This document shows positions 26,562-36,022 of a DNA stretch of 64,000 bases, one piece after another. The translations under genes were made by a program, and so were the position numbers. Below the pieces are notes generated by a model. The model was not told where the DNA came from and did no database searches. It saw only the letters and a list, made by a program, of their open reading frames with translations. The stretch's first letter is position 1, and every line of letters begins with the position of its first letter. This DNA comes from Candidatus Limnocylindria bacterium (GTDB taxonomy: Bacteria; Verrucomicrobiota; Verrucomicrobiia; Chthoniobacterales; UBA10450): NCBI GenBank assembly GCA_035535575.1, contig DATLPS010000086.1, positions 13,156 to 77,155 of the forward strand. The letters are read 5' to 3'.

Positions 26562-27377
26562 TCAACTCGGGCTACCAGTTCGGCTTTGCCTGAGTGAGAG
26601 CCGGAACAGAAAGCGCAAGACAGGCATCGGCATCAGTCGACTCATGAACATTACAAACTTCATTGCAAATCCCGGAATTACGAGCGGCCGGTCTGCTTCC
26701 AGCGCGGCGAGCGCATCGCGCACGACTTTTTCGACCGGAACGACAACGAATTTCGGGCCGAGCTTGGGCTGAACGCCCTGGCGTTTGGCGACTTCTTGAA
26801 ATTCCGTTTGCACAGGACCGGGGCACAGAGCGCATACACTCACGCCTGTTCCCAGGAGTTCCGCTCGAAGGGCTTCAGAGAAACTGGTCACATAAGCTTT
26901 GGTTGCGGCGTAAACGGCGTCGCCAGGGATGGGGAGAAAACCAGCCACAGAACTGACATTTAGAACGGCGCCGCGCCGTTTCGCGATCATCTGCGGAAGC
27001 AAATGGCGGGTGAGTAGAGTAAGCGCCATCACGTTTACGAACAGCATTTGCTGGTTGCGAGTTGGATCGCTCGTTGAGAAGAGCCCAGCGTCGCCGAGTC
27101 CGGCGTTATTGATCAGAATATCCACAGCAATCTTGTCCCGCGTGAGCGACTCGATCAGTGACTCGATCTGCGCTTTGTCGCCAAGATCCACGCTGCGAAC
27201 GTAGACATCCAGATTTGGATTCCGGTTCTGCAATTCGTCACGCAACTGGATTAAACGTTCACTCCGTCTTGCGACGAGAACAACTGATCGCGTACGGTTT
27301 GCAAGTTGCCGAGCAAATTCGAGCCCAATCCCGGCGGAAGCGCCTGTGATCAGCGCGTTAGAACCATCGATCTTCAC
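26562..27377 (-). CDS. SDR family oxidoreductase
   Basis: TGASAGIG (the TGxxxGxG motif), NNAG, and the catalytic YAATK (YxxxK). Confidence 0.85.
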   Translation of the reverse strand: MKIDGSNALITGASAGIGLEFARQLANRTRSVVLVARRSERLIQLRDELQNRNPNLDVYVRSVDLGDKAQIESLIESLTRDKIAVDILINNAGLGDAGLFSTSDPTRNQQMLFVNVMALTLLTRHLLPQMIAKRRGAVLNVSSVAGFLPIPGDAVYAATKAYVTSFSEALRAELLGTGVSVCALCPGPVQTEFQEVAKRQGVQPKLGPKFVVVPVEKVVRDALAALEADRPLVIPGFAMKFVMFMSRLMPMPVLRFLFRLSLRQSRTGSPS

Positions 27378-28162
27378 GTGAGCTGTAGTCGAGGGCGTTG
27401 ACCTCGATCTTGGCTGACAGGTCCACCTGTTTGGCTGCCGCGGTCATCGCCCGTGGCTACAGCACCCCTGTTGTGTTGGACGTGCAAAGTTTCTAATTCT
27501 TGGTTTGTGAGGGTACGCCAGTGTCCGCGCGGGAGATCGCCAAGCCGAAGATTTCCGATTCGAACACGGACGAGATGTTTTACGCGACACCCGACAGCTT
27601 CGAACATGCGGCGAATCTGCCGATTGATTCCCTGACGCAACACAACGCGCAAGTGAGTCGGCGAGACGGAGTGAAGTCGCACGATTTTGGCTCGCTGCCC
27701 GTCCAGAAAAATTCCGCGGAGCAATTTCGGCGCAAGCGCCGGGTCCCACTGTCGGTCCAGCGTCACCTCATATTCCTTGTCGATTTTGTAACGCGGGTGA
27801 GTGAGCCGCTGTGCCAGTTCGCCATCATTTGTTAGAAGAAGCAGACCTTCAGTTTGCGCGTCCAGACGCCCGATGTTGAAGAGCTTGGAAAATTTTTGCG
27901 GAAGCAGATCAAATACAGTATCGCGCGCGTGCCGATCTTTTCGGGTCGAAACAAACCCGGCAGGTTTGTTCAGCACGATCGTGAGTCCCGGAGCGGTTCG
28001 AACGAGCTTGCCGGCCACCTTGACGTGATCACGCGGGCCCGGCTGTGCGCTGAAGTCTGTGCAAACTTTACCGTTAATGGTAACGCGACCCGCCGCTATC
28101 AACTCATCACAATGTCGCCGCGAGCCAACGCCAGCAGCGGCGAGGAAACGGTTCAAGCGCAC
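27374..28162 (-). CDS. pseudouridine synthase, RsuA/RluB family, with an S4 domain
   Basis: MRLNRFLAAAGVGSRRHCDELIAAGRVTINGK is an S4 domain. GRLDAQTEGLLLLTNDGELAQRLTHPR is the catalytic Asp motif. The start is GTG, and the gene overlaps the SDR gene by 4 nt. Confidence 0.85.
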   Translation of the reverse strand: MRLNRFLAAAGVGSRRHCDELIAAGRVTINGKVCTDFSAQPGPRDHVKVAGKLVRTAPGLTIVLNKPAGFVSTRKDRHARDTVFDLLPQKFSKLFNIGRLDAQTEGLLLLTNDGELAQRLTHPRYKIDKEYEVTLDRQWDPALAPKLLRGIFLDGQRAKIVRLHSVSPTHLRVVLRQGINRQIRRMFEAVGCRVKHLVRVRIGNLRLGDLPRGHWRTLTNQELETLHVQHNRGAVATGDDRGSQTGGPVSQDRGQRPRLQLT

Positions 28163-28237
28163 AATCGTGATTCGTAATTCGTTAAATCGTGAATCGTCGC
28201 GCCGATTTAACGATATATCGATTCAACGATTTACGAC
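28163..28237. repeat. imperfect long palindrome built from about 7-nt AATCGT/ACGAT units
   Basis: The left arm is AATCGTG ATTCGTA ATTCGTT AAATCGTG AATCGTC (28163-28198). The right arm is GATTTAACGATATATCGATTCAACGATTTACGAC. It fills the whole spacer between the small-basic-protein stop and the pseudouridine synthase start. Confidence 0.6.
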
Positions 28238-28393
28238 TTACACATCCGGCTTCGTCTTCGGCAGGCCAATGACTTTACTGTCTTTTTTCCATTGGCCGCG
28301 CTTCTTGAGAAGCTCGACGCGCTCGAAGCGTTTCAGCACATTGCGCCTGGCGGCGATGGTGCTCGCCCCTTTTAAGCTGCGATGTTGCGACAT
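28238..28393 (-). CDS. small basic protein, 51 aa, of the Chlamydiae/Verrucomicrobia/Planctomycetes type
   Basis: Below the ORF-track size cut-off. My hand translation is MSQHRSLKGASTIAARRNVLKRFERVELLKKRGQWKKDSKVIGLPKTKPDV. From memory it matches the conserved small basic protein family (TIGR04137-like). Confidence 0.6.
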   Translation of the reverse strand: MSQHRSLKGASTIAARRNVLKRFERVELLKKRGQWKKDSKVIGLPKTKPDV

Positions 28394-28505
28394 AGGTCCA
28401 CTTGAAAGGTTACAAAGATTACAACGGAAAAATGAGTCAGGATATTAAGCCGCCTGCCGCATTTTTCAAATGCACATTGCCGGTCACTAGCTTCCCGAAT
28501 GTGCT

Positions 28506-30299
28506 TCATAGTTGGTTACTAAGCACTACGTATGTTCCCGAGCTCGTGATCTGGTGATAAACATGAAAGCGGCTGGTCAATAGCTGTTTCCAGTAATCCG
28601 CTCGGCTTTGCTCCACAATGAGATAAACGGCATCGCGATCGGCCCATTTCTCCAACACCGCCTCTTCGTTGACGAAAATATCTCTCGACGGTCTGCCGAT
28701 CGGCGCCGCTTTTTGGCGGTTTTGATTAACAAAGAGAAACTTTCGGTTCAGATAAAAAATAAGGCTGCTGCCGTCGTCGAGCGGCCCTTCAAAGATCGCT
28801 TCGCCGCCTGCGTCCAGACGCGGATTCACAAAGCGCGCTATATCGGCGAGTGAAAAAAAAGGAGAGGTTCGTGCGACCCCCTCCATCATGCTAAGCCCAC
28901 TTGGAACCATGGCTGCAGCCAACGCAACAGCAGCGAGTTTCTCCCGCCGGTTGAAAATAAAATAGAGCGCCACTAGTGAGAGAAGGACGAGAGAAACACC
29001 GGTAGTCGCGAGCACCGGTCGAATTACAAGCCAAACTGACATCGGCATCTCGTGCAACGCTCGCCATGCGGTCCAGCGTGCGTCCATCACCCCCCAATGG
29101 CCGTTCGAAGGGCGCGCGGCCCTGACAAGAAAAAATGCCGCTAGCGCGCTCATCAATCCAACGAGCCCCACTGCGATTGCACCCGCGGCGCGCAGCTTCT
29201 GCGGCGTTCGATCCCATACCATCGCTGCCCAGAGCGCGGCTGCGCCCCACATAGTCATCGAATAATAATCCTGCCGTTGGCCCAAAAAGAGCAGCGGGAC
29301 AAAAACAACGGCCATCCAGCAGAGCGGCAATGCATCGGCGAAATTGATGTCATGCGGCCGCGCCACGCGGCGCCAGGCGAAAATTACGCCGGAAAGCAGT
29401 GCGATGGACCACGGAAACCACCAGGCCAAATGCATGAGCAGAAATTGGTACGCAGGCATACCCTTGTAATCATGCGTCTCGTCGGTAAGCCCGCGCAGAT
29501 GACCCAACCATTCCGAGCTGAACAAATAGCGAAAATAGCCCGGGAAATGCCACTCTGCCCAAAGATGCCACGGAGCGACAATCAAAAGAAACATTGCCAG
29601 ATATTCCCACCTGAAAAGCGCGCGATACCGAAGCCGTGCCTCGCGATGGAACAGTGAGACCAAAACAAGGATCGCCGCCGGATAAACGACACCGAGCAAA
29701 CCTTTGGTCAAGCATGCGAAGGCGCAGCAAATCCAAAACCCGGCGAACCAGGCACGCCGATACCGCCGCCGCTGATAACCGCAGACTCCGCACAAAATCG
29801 CGCCCGCGATGAGTGCGCTCACGAGCGGTTCTGGCATGACGATGCGCGCGAGCAGAAATGTGCCGCAGAAGCTAAGATAAATCAGGGCGGCAATGAAGCC
29901 ACGCCAGTAATCCACAAGCTTTTCTCCAATCAGAAAAATCAGAGCAACCAAGGCGACAACTGCAAGCGCGACCGGGAGGCGAGCAGCTGCAGCGTTTATC
30001 CCGAAGAGCTTGAAAGAGACGATAATGAGCCAGTAAAGCAGTGGCGGTTTTTGCAGGCGCGGGATGCCGTCATTGGTTGGCAAAAGCCATTGATGGCTTT
30101 CGACCATCTCGCGGGCGGCTCCTGCATATTGTCCTTCGGTCTGGCTGTACAGATCGCCGCTGCCGATCGTCGCGACGTGCAACAACGCCGCTAACCCAAT
30201 GAGAATCGCAAACAATGCATGACGCGTTGGCGGCGGAGGCAGTGCCGGCGGCTCAAGCAAAGTTTCTTCAAGGCTTAAAGTTCGGGTGGCTGCGGTCAT
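28506..30299 (-). CDS. ArnT-like GT39 glycosyltransferase (lipid-carrier dependent)
   Basis: 597 aa and polytopic. The N-terminal signature is YSQTEGQYAGAAREMVESHQWLLPTNDGIPRLQKPPLLYWLI. Confidence 0.75.
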   Translation of the reverse strand: MTAATRTLSLEETLLEPPALPPPPTRHALFAILIGLAALLHVATIGSGDLYSQTEGQYAGAAREMVESHQWLLPTNDGIPRLQKPPLLYWLIIVSFKLFGINAAAARLPVALAVVALVALIFLIGEKLVDYWRGFIAALIYLSFCGTFLLARIVMPEPLVSALIAGAILCGVCGYQRRRYRRAWFAGFWICCAFACLTKGLLGVVYPAAILVLVSLFHREARLRYRALFRWEYLAMFLLIVAPWHLWAEWHFPGYFRYLFSSEWLGHLRGLTDETHDYKGMPAYQFLLMHLAWWFPWSIALLSGVIFAWRRVARPHDINFADALPLCWMAVVFVPLLFLGQRQDYYSMTMWGAAALWAAMVWDRTPQKLRAAGAIAVGLVGLMSALAAFFLVRAARPSNGHWGVMDARWTAWRALHEMPMSVWLVIRPVLATTGVSLVLLSLVALYFIFNRREKLAAVALAAAMVPSGLSMMEGVARTSPFFSLADIARFVNPRLDAGGEAIFEGPLDDGSSLIFYLNRKFLFVNQNRQKAAPIGRPSRDIFVNEEAVLEKWADRDAVYLIVEQSRADYWKQLLTSRFHVYHQITSSGTYVVLSNQL

Positions 30300-30331
30300 T
30301 CAATGCATTTTTCGCCGACTACAATTCCGAT

Positions 30332-30769
30332 TTAACATTCGCCTTTCGGATACTGCGCGGAATCTGCCTTTCGATATTGTTGCCAGTGTTCGGGCAAACG
30401 CAGCAGTTTGCCCGACGGCATTTCGACCAGTGCGAGCATCTGACGGGATTCGGCAATCAAGATGTTGTCCTTTGGCCGTGAGATCCGAAATCCGCACCAG
30501 AACCTCGCGCGCTGCAGCTGATCGAGCCAGCCCTCAATCACCAGCCGATCTCCGAGTTTGGCTGGGCGGCGATAATCAATCTCGGTGCGCACCACCACGG
30601 GATATGTTTGCGTTTCGGCCATCTCCGCGAGTCGGAGGCCGAGTTCCTCGGCCAGATGTGTGCGTGCGACTTCAATGAAACGCAGATAGGCGATGTTAGA
30701 AACGACGCCTCCGCAATCGGTATCAAAAAACATCACCTGCACGTCTGTGCGGATTCGCGGTGGTGTCAT
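30332..30769 (-). CDS. acyl-CoA thioesterase, hotdog fold (YbgC/4HBT-like)
   Basis: 145 aa. VQVMFFDTDCGGVVSNIAYLRFIEVART is a typical 4HBT N-terminal active-site region. Confidence 0.7.
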   Translation of the reverse strand: MTPPRIRTDVQVMFFDTDCGGVVSNIAYLRFIEVARTHLAEELGLRLAEMAETQTYPVVVRTEIDYRRPAKLGDRLVIEGWLDQLQRARFWCGFRISRPKDNILIAESRQMLALVEMPSGKLLRLPEHWQQYRKADSAQYPKGEC

Positions 30770-30778
30770 GGCGTGATA

Positions 30779-32719
30779 TTAAACGTTACGGCTATCGGAC
30801 AACATCGACCGCACAGCGTCGACCACTTCGTCGGTGTTGACCGCCTTCATGCAGCGGAAATCAATTGGGCATTCGCGCAGAAAACAGGGGCTACATTCAA
30901 CATGATGTCGCAGGATAATGTGACTATTGCCGAGCGGTCCAGTCAGGCGCGGCTCAGTGGAACCGAAAATTGCAACCACCGGCACGCCGAGCAATGCAGC
31001 CAGATGCATGGTACCGGTATCGTTGGTAAGCACTAGACGGCATTCCCGCAGTTCGTCGATAAGTTGCTCGAGTGTGGTACAGCCAATCCGATTCACGCAA
31101 TGATCGGCGATGGCAGCCGCGATTTGATCGCCTATTGCCTTGTCGTTCTTCGTTCCGAATAAGATCCATTGCGTCGGCAATTGCGCCGTAATCCTTGCGG
31201 CAAGCTCCGCGAATCGCTCCGGGAGCCATCGTTTGGCTGGGCCGTATTCTGCGCCCGCACAAAGGCCGATTTTTATCCGTTCATGCGCGGCCGCAATTTG
31301 GACGTTTGAGACTGGCTGTTGGATTGCCCGCTCGGGAAAGCTTTCAGAGGTGGATGTTTCCGCTCCGCATTCGCGCGCGATCCGAAGAAACCGAAGCGAA
31401 TGGTGTTCTGGCGGACGCGCCTTTCGCGACTCGCGCACCGTTTGGTTCAGCAGCCAACTCCTCCAGTGCCCGCGATAGCTGACCCTGCGTGGAATCCCGC
31501 TCAGCCACGATTCAAGCGCAACCCGCAGCGAATTTGGAAAGAGAATCGCAACATCGAACGCCGGTTGTCGCTTAAGCAAAGACACAACCCGAAGAAGCGA
31601 ACCGTTGCGCAACGGAATAATCGCATCCACTTCAGGAATAATCTTCCACACCGGAGCGATCTTCTCCGGCGCGGCGATTGTGATGTGAGCATCGGGACGC
31701 GCATTCTTGATCGCGCGGACTGCCGGCACACTCATCACCGCGTCGCCTAACCAGTTGCTTGAACGAATCAAAATCCGAAATGGCTTTAGATCACGCGCTG
31801 AAATTCCCGGCGGCAGGTGGACGCCCCGTTTATACCGCGCGAGAAGGAAATTCGGCTGGGGCGTTTTCCACCGATTATGCACCCAAAACCAGTCGTCCGG
31901 TGCGACGCGAATCTGTTTCTCGATCACCTCGTTTATTCTCGACGTAATGTCTGCAACGGAAGTGCCGGGCTGGTCGAAGCGCTCGGTGAACACCATGCGC
32001 CAGCGTGCTGGACCGGTCGTGTAAACTCCAGCGGCGATGAGCGCCGCTCGGGTCCGCTTCGCAAGCAAACCAGGCAGAGGCGAAGTCGACGCCAGTCTTC
32101 CGAAAAATGGCGTCCAAAGTCCGTGGTCGCCAGCGTGTTGGTCGGACAAAACACCGACGCCGCCGCCGGAGCGCAGCAAGTCGATCACCGGCTGAAATCC
32201 GGCTTGGCGGTCGAATAATTCCAAGCCAGTTTGGCTGCGCGTCCGGCGCACGTGCTCGTCAATGAAACGATTGCCAAGTTTCTGATAAACACTCGCATTT
32301 CGCACGTACCCAACAAATTTCGGCATCAATTGCGCGAATAATTCCCACGTCCCGAGATGACTCAACACGAGCACTACAGGAACGCCTGCACGAAATTCGC
32401 GGTCCATGGCCTCGATATTTTCAACTTTGACTCGACGGAGGATTTGCTCCGGCGGCATTTGGGTGAGTTTGGCGCTGCAAAGCAGGTTAGCGCCCAGCCG
32501 TTGGAAATGGCGGCGGACGAGGCGACGCAATTCGACCGGCGAGCTTTGGTCGCCAAGGGCAATCGCGACGTTGCGTTCTGCCAGTCGCCGATATTTCCCT
32601 GAAATGAGCCACGCGCAAAAGCCAAGGAATTGGCCAGCAGCATACAGAAAGCGTAATGGCAGCGCGGCGGCGATGGCCGACCCCGCGCGATAAAGTAGAT
32701 AGACGACAAACTCGAGCAT
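30779..32719 (-). CDS. fusion: LpxL/HtrB-type lipid A late acyltransferase (N-terminal) plus GT9 heptosyltransferase (C-terminal)
   Basis: ORF 30779..32809. I moved the start to the ATG at 32719 (MLEFVVYLLYRAG), which removes the overlap with the divergent gene. The N-terminal half has SHLGTWE and LSDQHAG. The C-terminal half has ILIRSSNWLGDAVMSVPAVRAIK and LVLTNDTGTMHLAALLGVPVVAIFG, which are GT9 signatures. Confidence 0.75.
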   Translation of the reverse strand: MLEFVVYLLYRAGSAIAAALPLRFLYAAGQFLGFCAWLISGKYRRLAERNVAIALGDQSSPVELRRLVRRHFQRLGANLLCSAKLTQMPPEQILRRVKVENIEAMDREFRAGVPVVLVLSHLGTWELFAQLMPKFVGYVRNASVYQKLGNRFIDEHVRRTRSQTGLELFDRQAGFQPVIDLLRSGGGVGVLSDQHAGDHGLWTPFFGRLASTSPLPGLLAKRTRAALIAAGVYTTGPARWRMVFTERFDQPGTSVADITSRINEVIEKQIRVAPDDWFWVHNRWKTPQPNFLLARYKRGVHLPPGISARDLKPFRILIRSSNWLGDAVMSVPAVRAIKNARPDAHITIAAPEKIAPVWKIIPEVDAIIPLRNGSLLRVVSLLKRQPAFDVAILFPNSLRVALESWLSGIPRRVSYRGHWRSWLLNQTVRESRKARPPEHHSLRFLRIARECGAETSTSESFPERAIQQPVSNVQIAAAHERIKIGLCAGAEYGPAKRWLPERFAELAARITAQLPTQWILFGTKNDKAIGDQIAAAIADHCVNRIGCTTLEQLIDELRECRLVLTNDTGTMHLAALLGVPVVAIFGSTEPRLTGPLGNSHIILRHHVECSPCFLRECPIDFRCMKAVNTDEVVDAVRSMLSDSRNV

Positions 32720-32790
32720 TGCGGAACCGGTCGTATCGCCGTGATGGCGCGGCAGGGTAGATTTGCCTGCAGCTTGCTTCAACCAATATA

Positions 32791-35196
32791 ATGTGTGTGG
32801 TGTCTCCATCGCCTTTCCAGTCTTCCGATGCTGATTTCGCGCGAGTTGTTTCGCGCAAATTCGAGCATGGCCGATTTCTCATTGTCGGAGCCAATCCTCA
32901 GAAACTGGCGTCGCAATTTGCCCAAATGGAAAGAGAAGCTGAGTCGCGGTCTTGTGACGATCTTGTTTCAAATGTCGATCAAGGCGCAGGAACAGCCCGC
33001 TTCGAAACCGCGATTTGGTTCTATCCTTCGGGCAGAAAGGACGACGATCGCGTAGCGGAAGCGCTCTCAGGCTGTGCAGACACGATTGTCTTGATGCCTG
33101 GCCCCGGCGCTGACGCTTCCAAGCGGCGTCCGCAGCTTGTTGAGTGTTTTGGTCGCCTTGGATTTCTGCCCGATTACCAAGGCGACCTCATTGAACTGGA
33201 TCCGGGGGCCGTGTGCCTTCGGCGCTTCCCGCGGGAAGCAGCTGGCACCGGTGTGGCCGCTGTGGAGATGGCTTTTGCCAGACTCAATAACGAGTTGGGT
33301 GCTTTGCGGCGAACACTTGAAATCCGCGGCTCCGAATTGGAAGGAGCACAGTGTCATATCGCTTCACTCGAGGAGAAACTGCTTAAGCTGAAAGAATACC
33401 GGCGCGAACTAAGGTTACTAAAAGAGCAGAAACAAAAGCTCCGCAAATCCGCCGAACGAAGGATCGGTCAAATATTCCTCGCGCCCTATCGGCTGCCAGA
33501 AAAACTGGCGAAAACGACCTGGAAAAAGTTTCATCGAGAGAAGCAAACCCCCAGGGAATCTAGCGCGCGAAGCGAATACCAGAAGTGGCTCGAGCAACAC
33601 CGTGCGAATGCGCAGGATTTCAAGCGGATGCGGGATGAAGCCCGCGCGTTTGCCTCGCGGCCGTTGATCAGTGTTATTACGCCAATTTTTGATACGCCTG
33701 TTCAACACCTTGAGGAAGCCGTTGAATCAGTGCTCGCACAAGCGTACGACAACTGGGAGCTTGTGCTCGTCGACGATGGATCGACGGTTACCGAACTGCT
33801 CGGAATGCTGCCTCGCGTGACCGCGCGCGACCAGCGAATCACATCGGCAAAGCTCGGAAAGCATGAAGGCATCTCCGCCGCGTCCAACCACGGGCTTTCA
33901 CTTGCCCGTGGGGAGTGGATCACTTTTCTTGATCATGATGACCTTCTCGAGCCCGATGCGCTTTTCCACGTCGTAAAACTTTTACAGAAGCACCCCGAAG
34001 CCGATCTGATTTATTCCGACGAAGACAAGCTCGGCGATAATGGTTTTGAAGCACCTGTGTTTAAGCCAGATTGGTCCCCCGATTTTTTTCTGTCCTGTAA
34101 TTACCTGGGTCACCTAACCGCCGTGCGGCGCGATATTGTGCAAGAAGCCGGCGGGTTTCGTTCACAATTCGACAGCGCACAGGATTACGATTTCTTCTTT
34201 CGCGTCGTCGAGCAGACCAACCGAATTCATCACATTCCGCATGTGCTATATCACTGGCGACGAAGTGAAAGTTCCAGCGCGATCAGTATCCGGCAAAAGC
34301 CGGGACAGCTGGAAGCCTCACGACTTGCAATTCAAGATCACCTGAAGCGACGCGGCGAGCCGGCCCATGTTGCTGTGGATTGGCGCACCCACGCATTCTG
34401 TGTCAGACGCGAGCTGTTCGAGACGAGAAAAATTTCGATTATCATTCAGAGTCACCACGGCCGGAAATCGCTCGAGCGATGCGTCGAAAGCGTGACGAGC
34501 AAAACCACGTATCCGAATTACGAAATTATCATCGTTCACGGTGATGAATTCACCGACGCTGCCGCGCAGTTCGCATATCCTTTGCTTCATTTCTCCGGGC
34601 CGGGCAATGTCTCCGCAGCCAAAAATTTCGCCGTGAATCAAACTCATAGTCCGTGGCTTCTCTTTTTGGATGATGCCATCGAAGTAATCGAACCGGACTG
34701 GCTCACGATCATGGCTGAGCATGTCCAGCGGCCGGAAATAGGCGCGGTAGGTGCACAGCTGTTAAACTCGAGGGGCGGGCTTGAGCAGGCGGGAATCGTT
34801 GTCGGCGTTAACAAGACTGCACAACCGGCTTGTCGCGGTTTGCGCGCAGACGAACCGGGTGCTAATCGCCAGCTGCAAGTGACGCGCAATTGTAGCGCCG
34901 TGTCGAGCGCGTGCATGCTCACGCGCCGCGATATTTTTCAGCAGGCGGCAGGATTCGACGAAAACCTGTCAGGCGCGCTGGCCGACGTCGACCTTTGTCT
35001 GAAAATCAGGCGTGCAGGTTATCTGATTGTTTACACTCCGTTTGTAAAACTTTATTGGCGTGACACAGAGCCTGACAAAGTCGACATGGCTGGGCAGGCG
35101 ATTATGGAGCAGCGTTGGGCTGACGTGCTGCAGGGCGATCCTTATTACAATCCAAATCTTTCTCGCGAACGCGCCGATTTCTCGCTAGGCAAGTAG
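32791..35196 (+). CDS. large glycosyltransferase with a coiled coil and two GT2 domains
   Basis: 801 aa. The first GT2 domain has ISVITPIFDTPVQHLEEAVESVLAQAYDNWELVLVDDGS and FLDHDD (DxD). The second begins ISIIIQSHHG and has LFLDDA. A heptad-like segment LEEKLLKLKEYRRELRLLKEQKQKLRK precedes them. Confidence 0.8.
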   Translation: MCVVSPSPFQSSDADFARVVSRKFEHGRFLIVGANPQKLASQFAQMEREAESRSCDDLVSNVDQGAGTARFETAIWFYPSGRKDDDRVAEALSGCADTIVLMPGPGADASKRRPQLVECFGRLGFLPDYQGDLIELDPGAVCLRRFPREAAGTGVAAVEMAFARLNNELGALRRTLEIRGSELEGAQCHIASLEEKLLKLKEYRRELRLLKEQKQKLRKSAERRIGQIFLAPYRLPEKLAKTTWKKFHREKQTPRESSARSEYQKWLEQHRANAQDFKRMRDEARAFASRPLISVITPIFDTPVQHLEEAVESVLAQAYDNWELVLVDDGSTVTELLGMLPRVTARDQRITSAKLGKHEGISAASNHGLSLARGEWITFLDHDDLLEPDALFHVVKLLQKHPEADLIYSDEDKLGDNGFEAPVFKPDWSPDFFLSCNYLGHLTAVRRDIVQEAGGFRSQFDSAQDYDFFFRVVEQTNRIHHIPHVLYHWRRSESSSAISIRQKPGQLEASRLAIQDHLKRRGEPAHVAVDWRTHAFCVRRELFETRKISIIIQSHHGRKSLERCVESVTSKTTYPNYEIIIVHGDEFTDAAAQFAYPLLHFSGPGNVSAAKNFAVNQTHSPWLLFLDDAIEVIEPDWLTIMAEHVQRPEIGAVGAQLLNSRGGLEQAGIVVGVNKTAQPACRGLRADEPGANRQLQVTRNCSAVSSACMLTRRDIFQQAAGFDENLSGALADVDLCLKIRRAGYLIVYTPFVKLYWRDTEPDKVDMAGQAIMEQRWADVLQGDPYYNPNLSRERADFSLGK

Positions 35197-35215
35197 AGCG
35201 TAACTGAATTCAAAC

Positions 35216-35962
35216 ATGACGAAGCGCGAGGAAAATCTGTGGCAAGGCATAGACACCAGTGCTCGAGGCGCGCTAACTACGCGTGACTATCGCGCCACAT
35301 CTTTCGCTAAAGAGTTTTCGGAAAGGGGGTTGGACGGCGGCGAATTGTTGGCCGCGGACCGTAACCAGCGCGACGTTAAGCAAGCCTGGATCCCAGGCGT
35401 GGAGGTTTTTGCCCGAAAAATTCACGCGCAGCGTCACCGCGGATTATTTGGCGAATTTGTGCGGCGAGACGAAGGGATTCTTGGGCGCATTGGCCTGTGG
35501 CCGAAGCAGTGGTCGGCTGCGCGCATGTTTGCAAACACGGCAAAAGGTTTCCATGTACATCCGCCGCGTGTTCCAAAAGATGGCGTTGCGGCGGTTTGGT
35601 TGCATCGTGTTTTTGTCGATGAACCGGAGAATTACTCACTACGCCGTTACGATGACGAGCAGTGGGACGTGATGTTCTTTTTGCAGGGGCGCGTTGAGAT
35701 AATCTTATGCGACATCCGCGCAGGGTTTCCGCGCCGAGTAATGCGATTTTTTGTGGATGGGGATAATCATCGTAGCGACAACAACATCGGCATCGTCATT
35801 CCACCAGGCGTGGCGCACGCGATTCGTGCTGAAGGCGCAGAGGACGTGGTCATGGTATATGGAACAACCACAGTTTTCCGTCCCGAATTCGAAGGGCGCA
35901 TCGCAAGCGAAGTGGAATCTACGGAGTTGCCCGAAGCGTGGCGGGATTTCCTGAAGACGTGA
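35216..35962 (+). CDS. RmlC-like cupin (sugar-nucleotide epimerase-related)
   Basis: 248 aa. WIPGVEVFARKIHAQRHRGLFGEF, GFHVHP and IPPGVAHAIRA resemble the dTDP-4-dehydrorhamnose 3,5-epimerase fold pattern. The protein is longer than canonical RmlC. Confidence 0.5.
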   Translation: MTKREENLWQGIDTSARGALTTRDYRATSFAKEFSERGLDGGELLAADRNQRDVKQAWIPGVEVFARKIHAQRHRGLFGEFVRRDEGILGRIGLWPKQWSAARMFANTAKGFHVHPPRVPKDGVAAVWLHRVFVDEPENYSLRRYDDEQWDVMFFLQGRVEIILCDIRAGFPRRVMRFFVDGDNHRSDNNIGIVIPPGVAHAIRAEGAEDVVMVYGTTTVFRPEFEGRIASEVESTELPEAWRDFLKT

Positions 35963-35968
35963 ACAGAG

Positions 35969-36018
35969 GTAGGATCGGCGTACTGCGCCGACCGGACGGC
36001 GCAGCGCGGCGTCCCTAC
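35969..36018. repeat. REP doublet (REPIN-like)
   Basis: GTAGGATCGGCGTACTGCGCCGACC is followed by GGACGGCGCAGCGCGGCGTCCCTAC, with CTAC at 36015-36018. The doublet fills the gap between the cupin gene and the methyltransferase gene. Confidence 0.55.
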
Positions 36019-36022
36019 CAGT

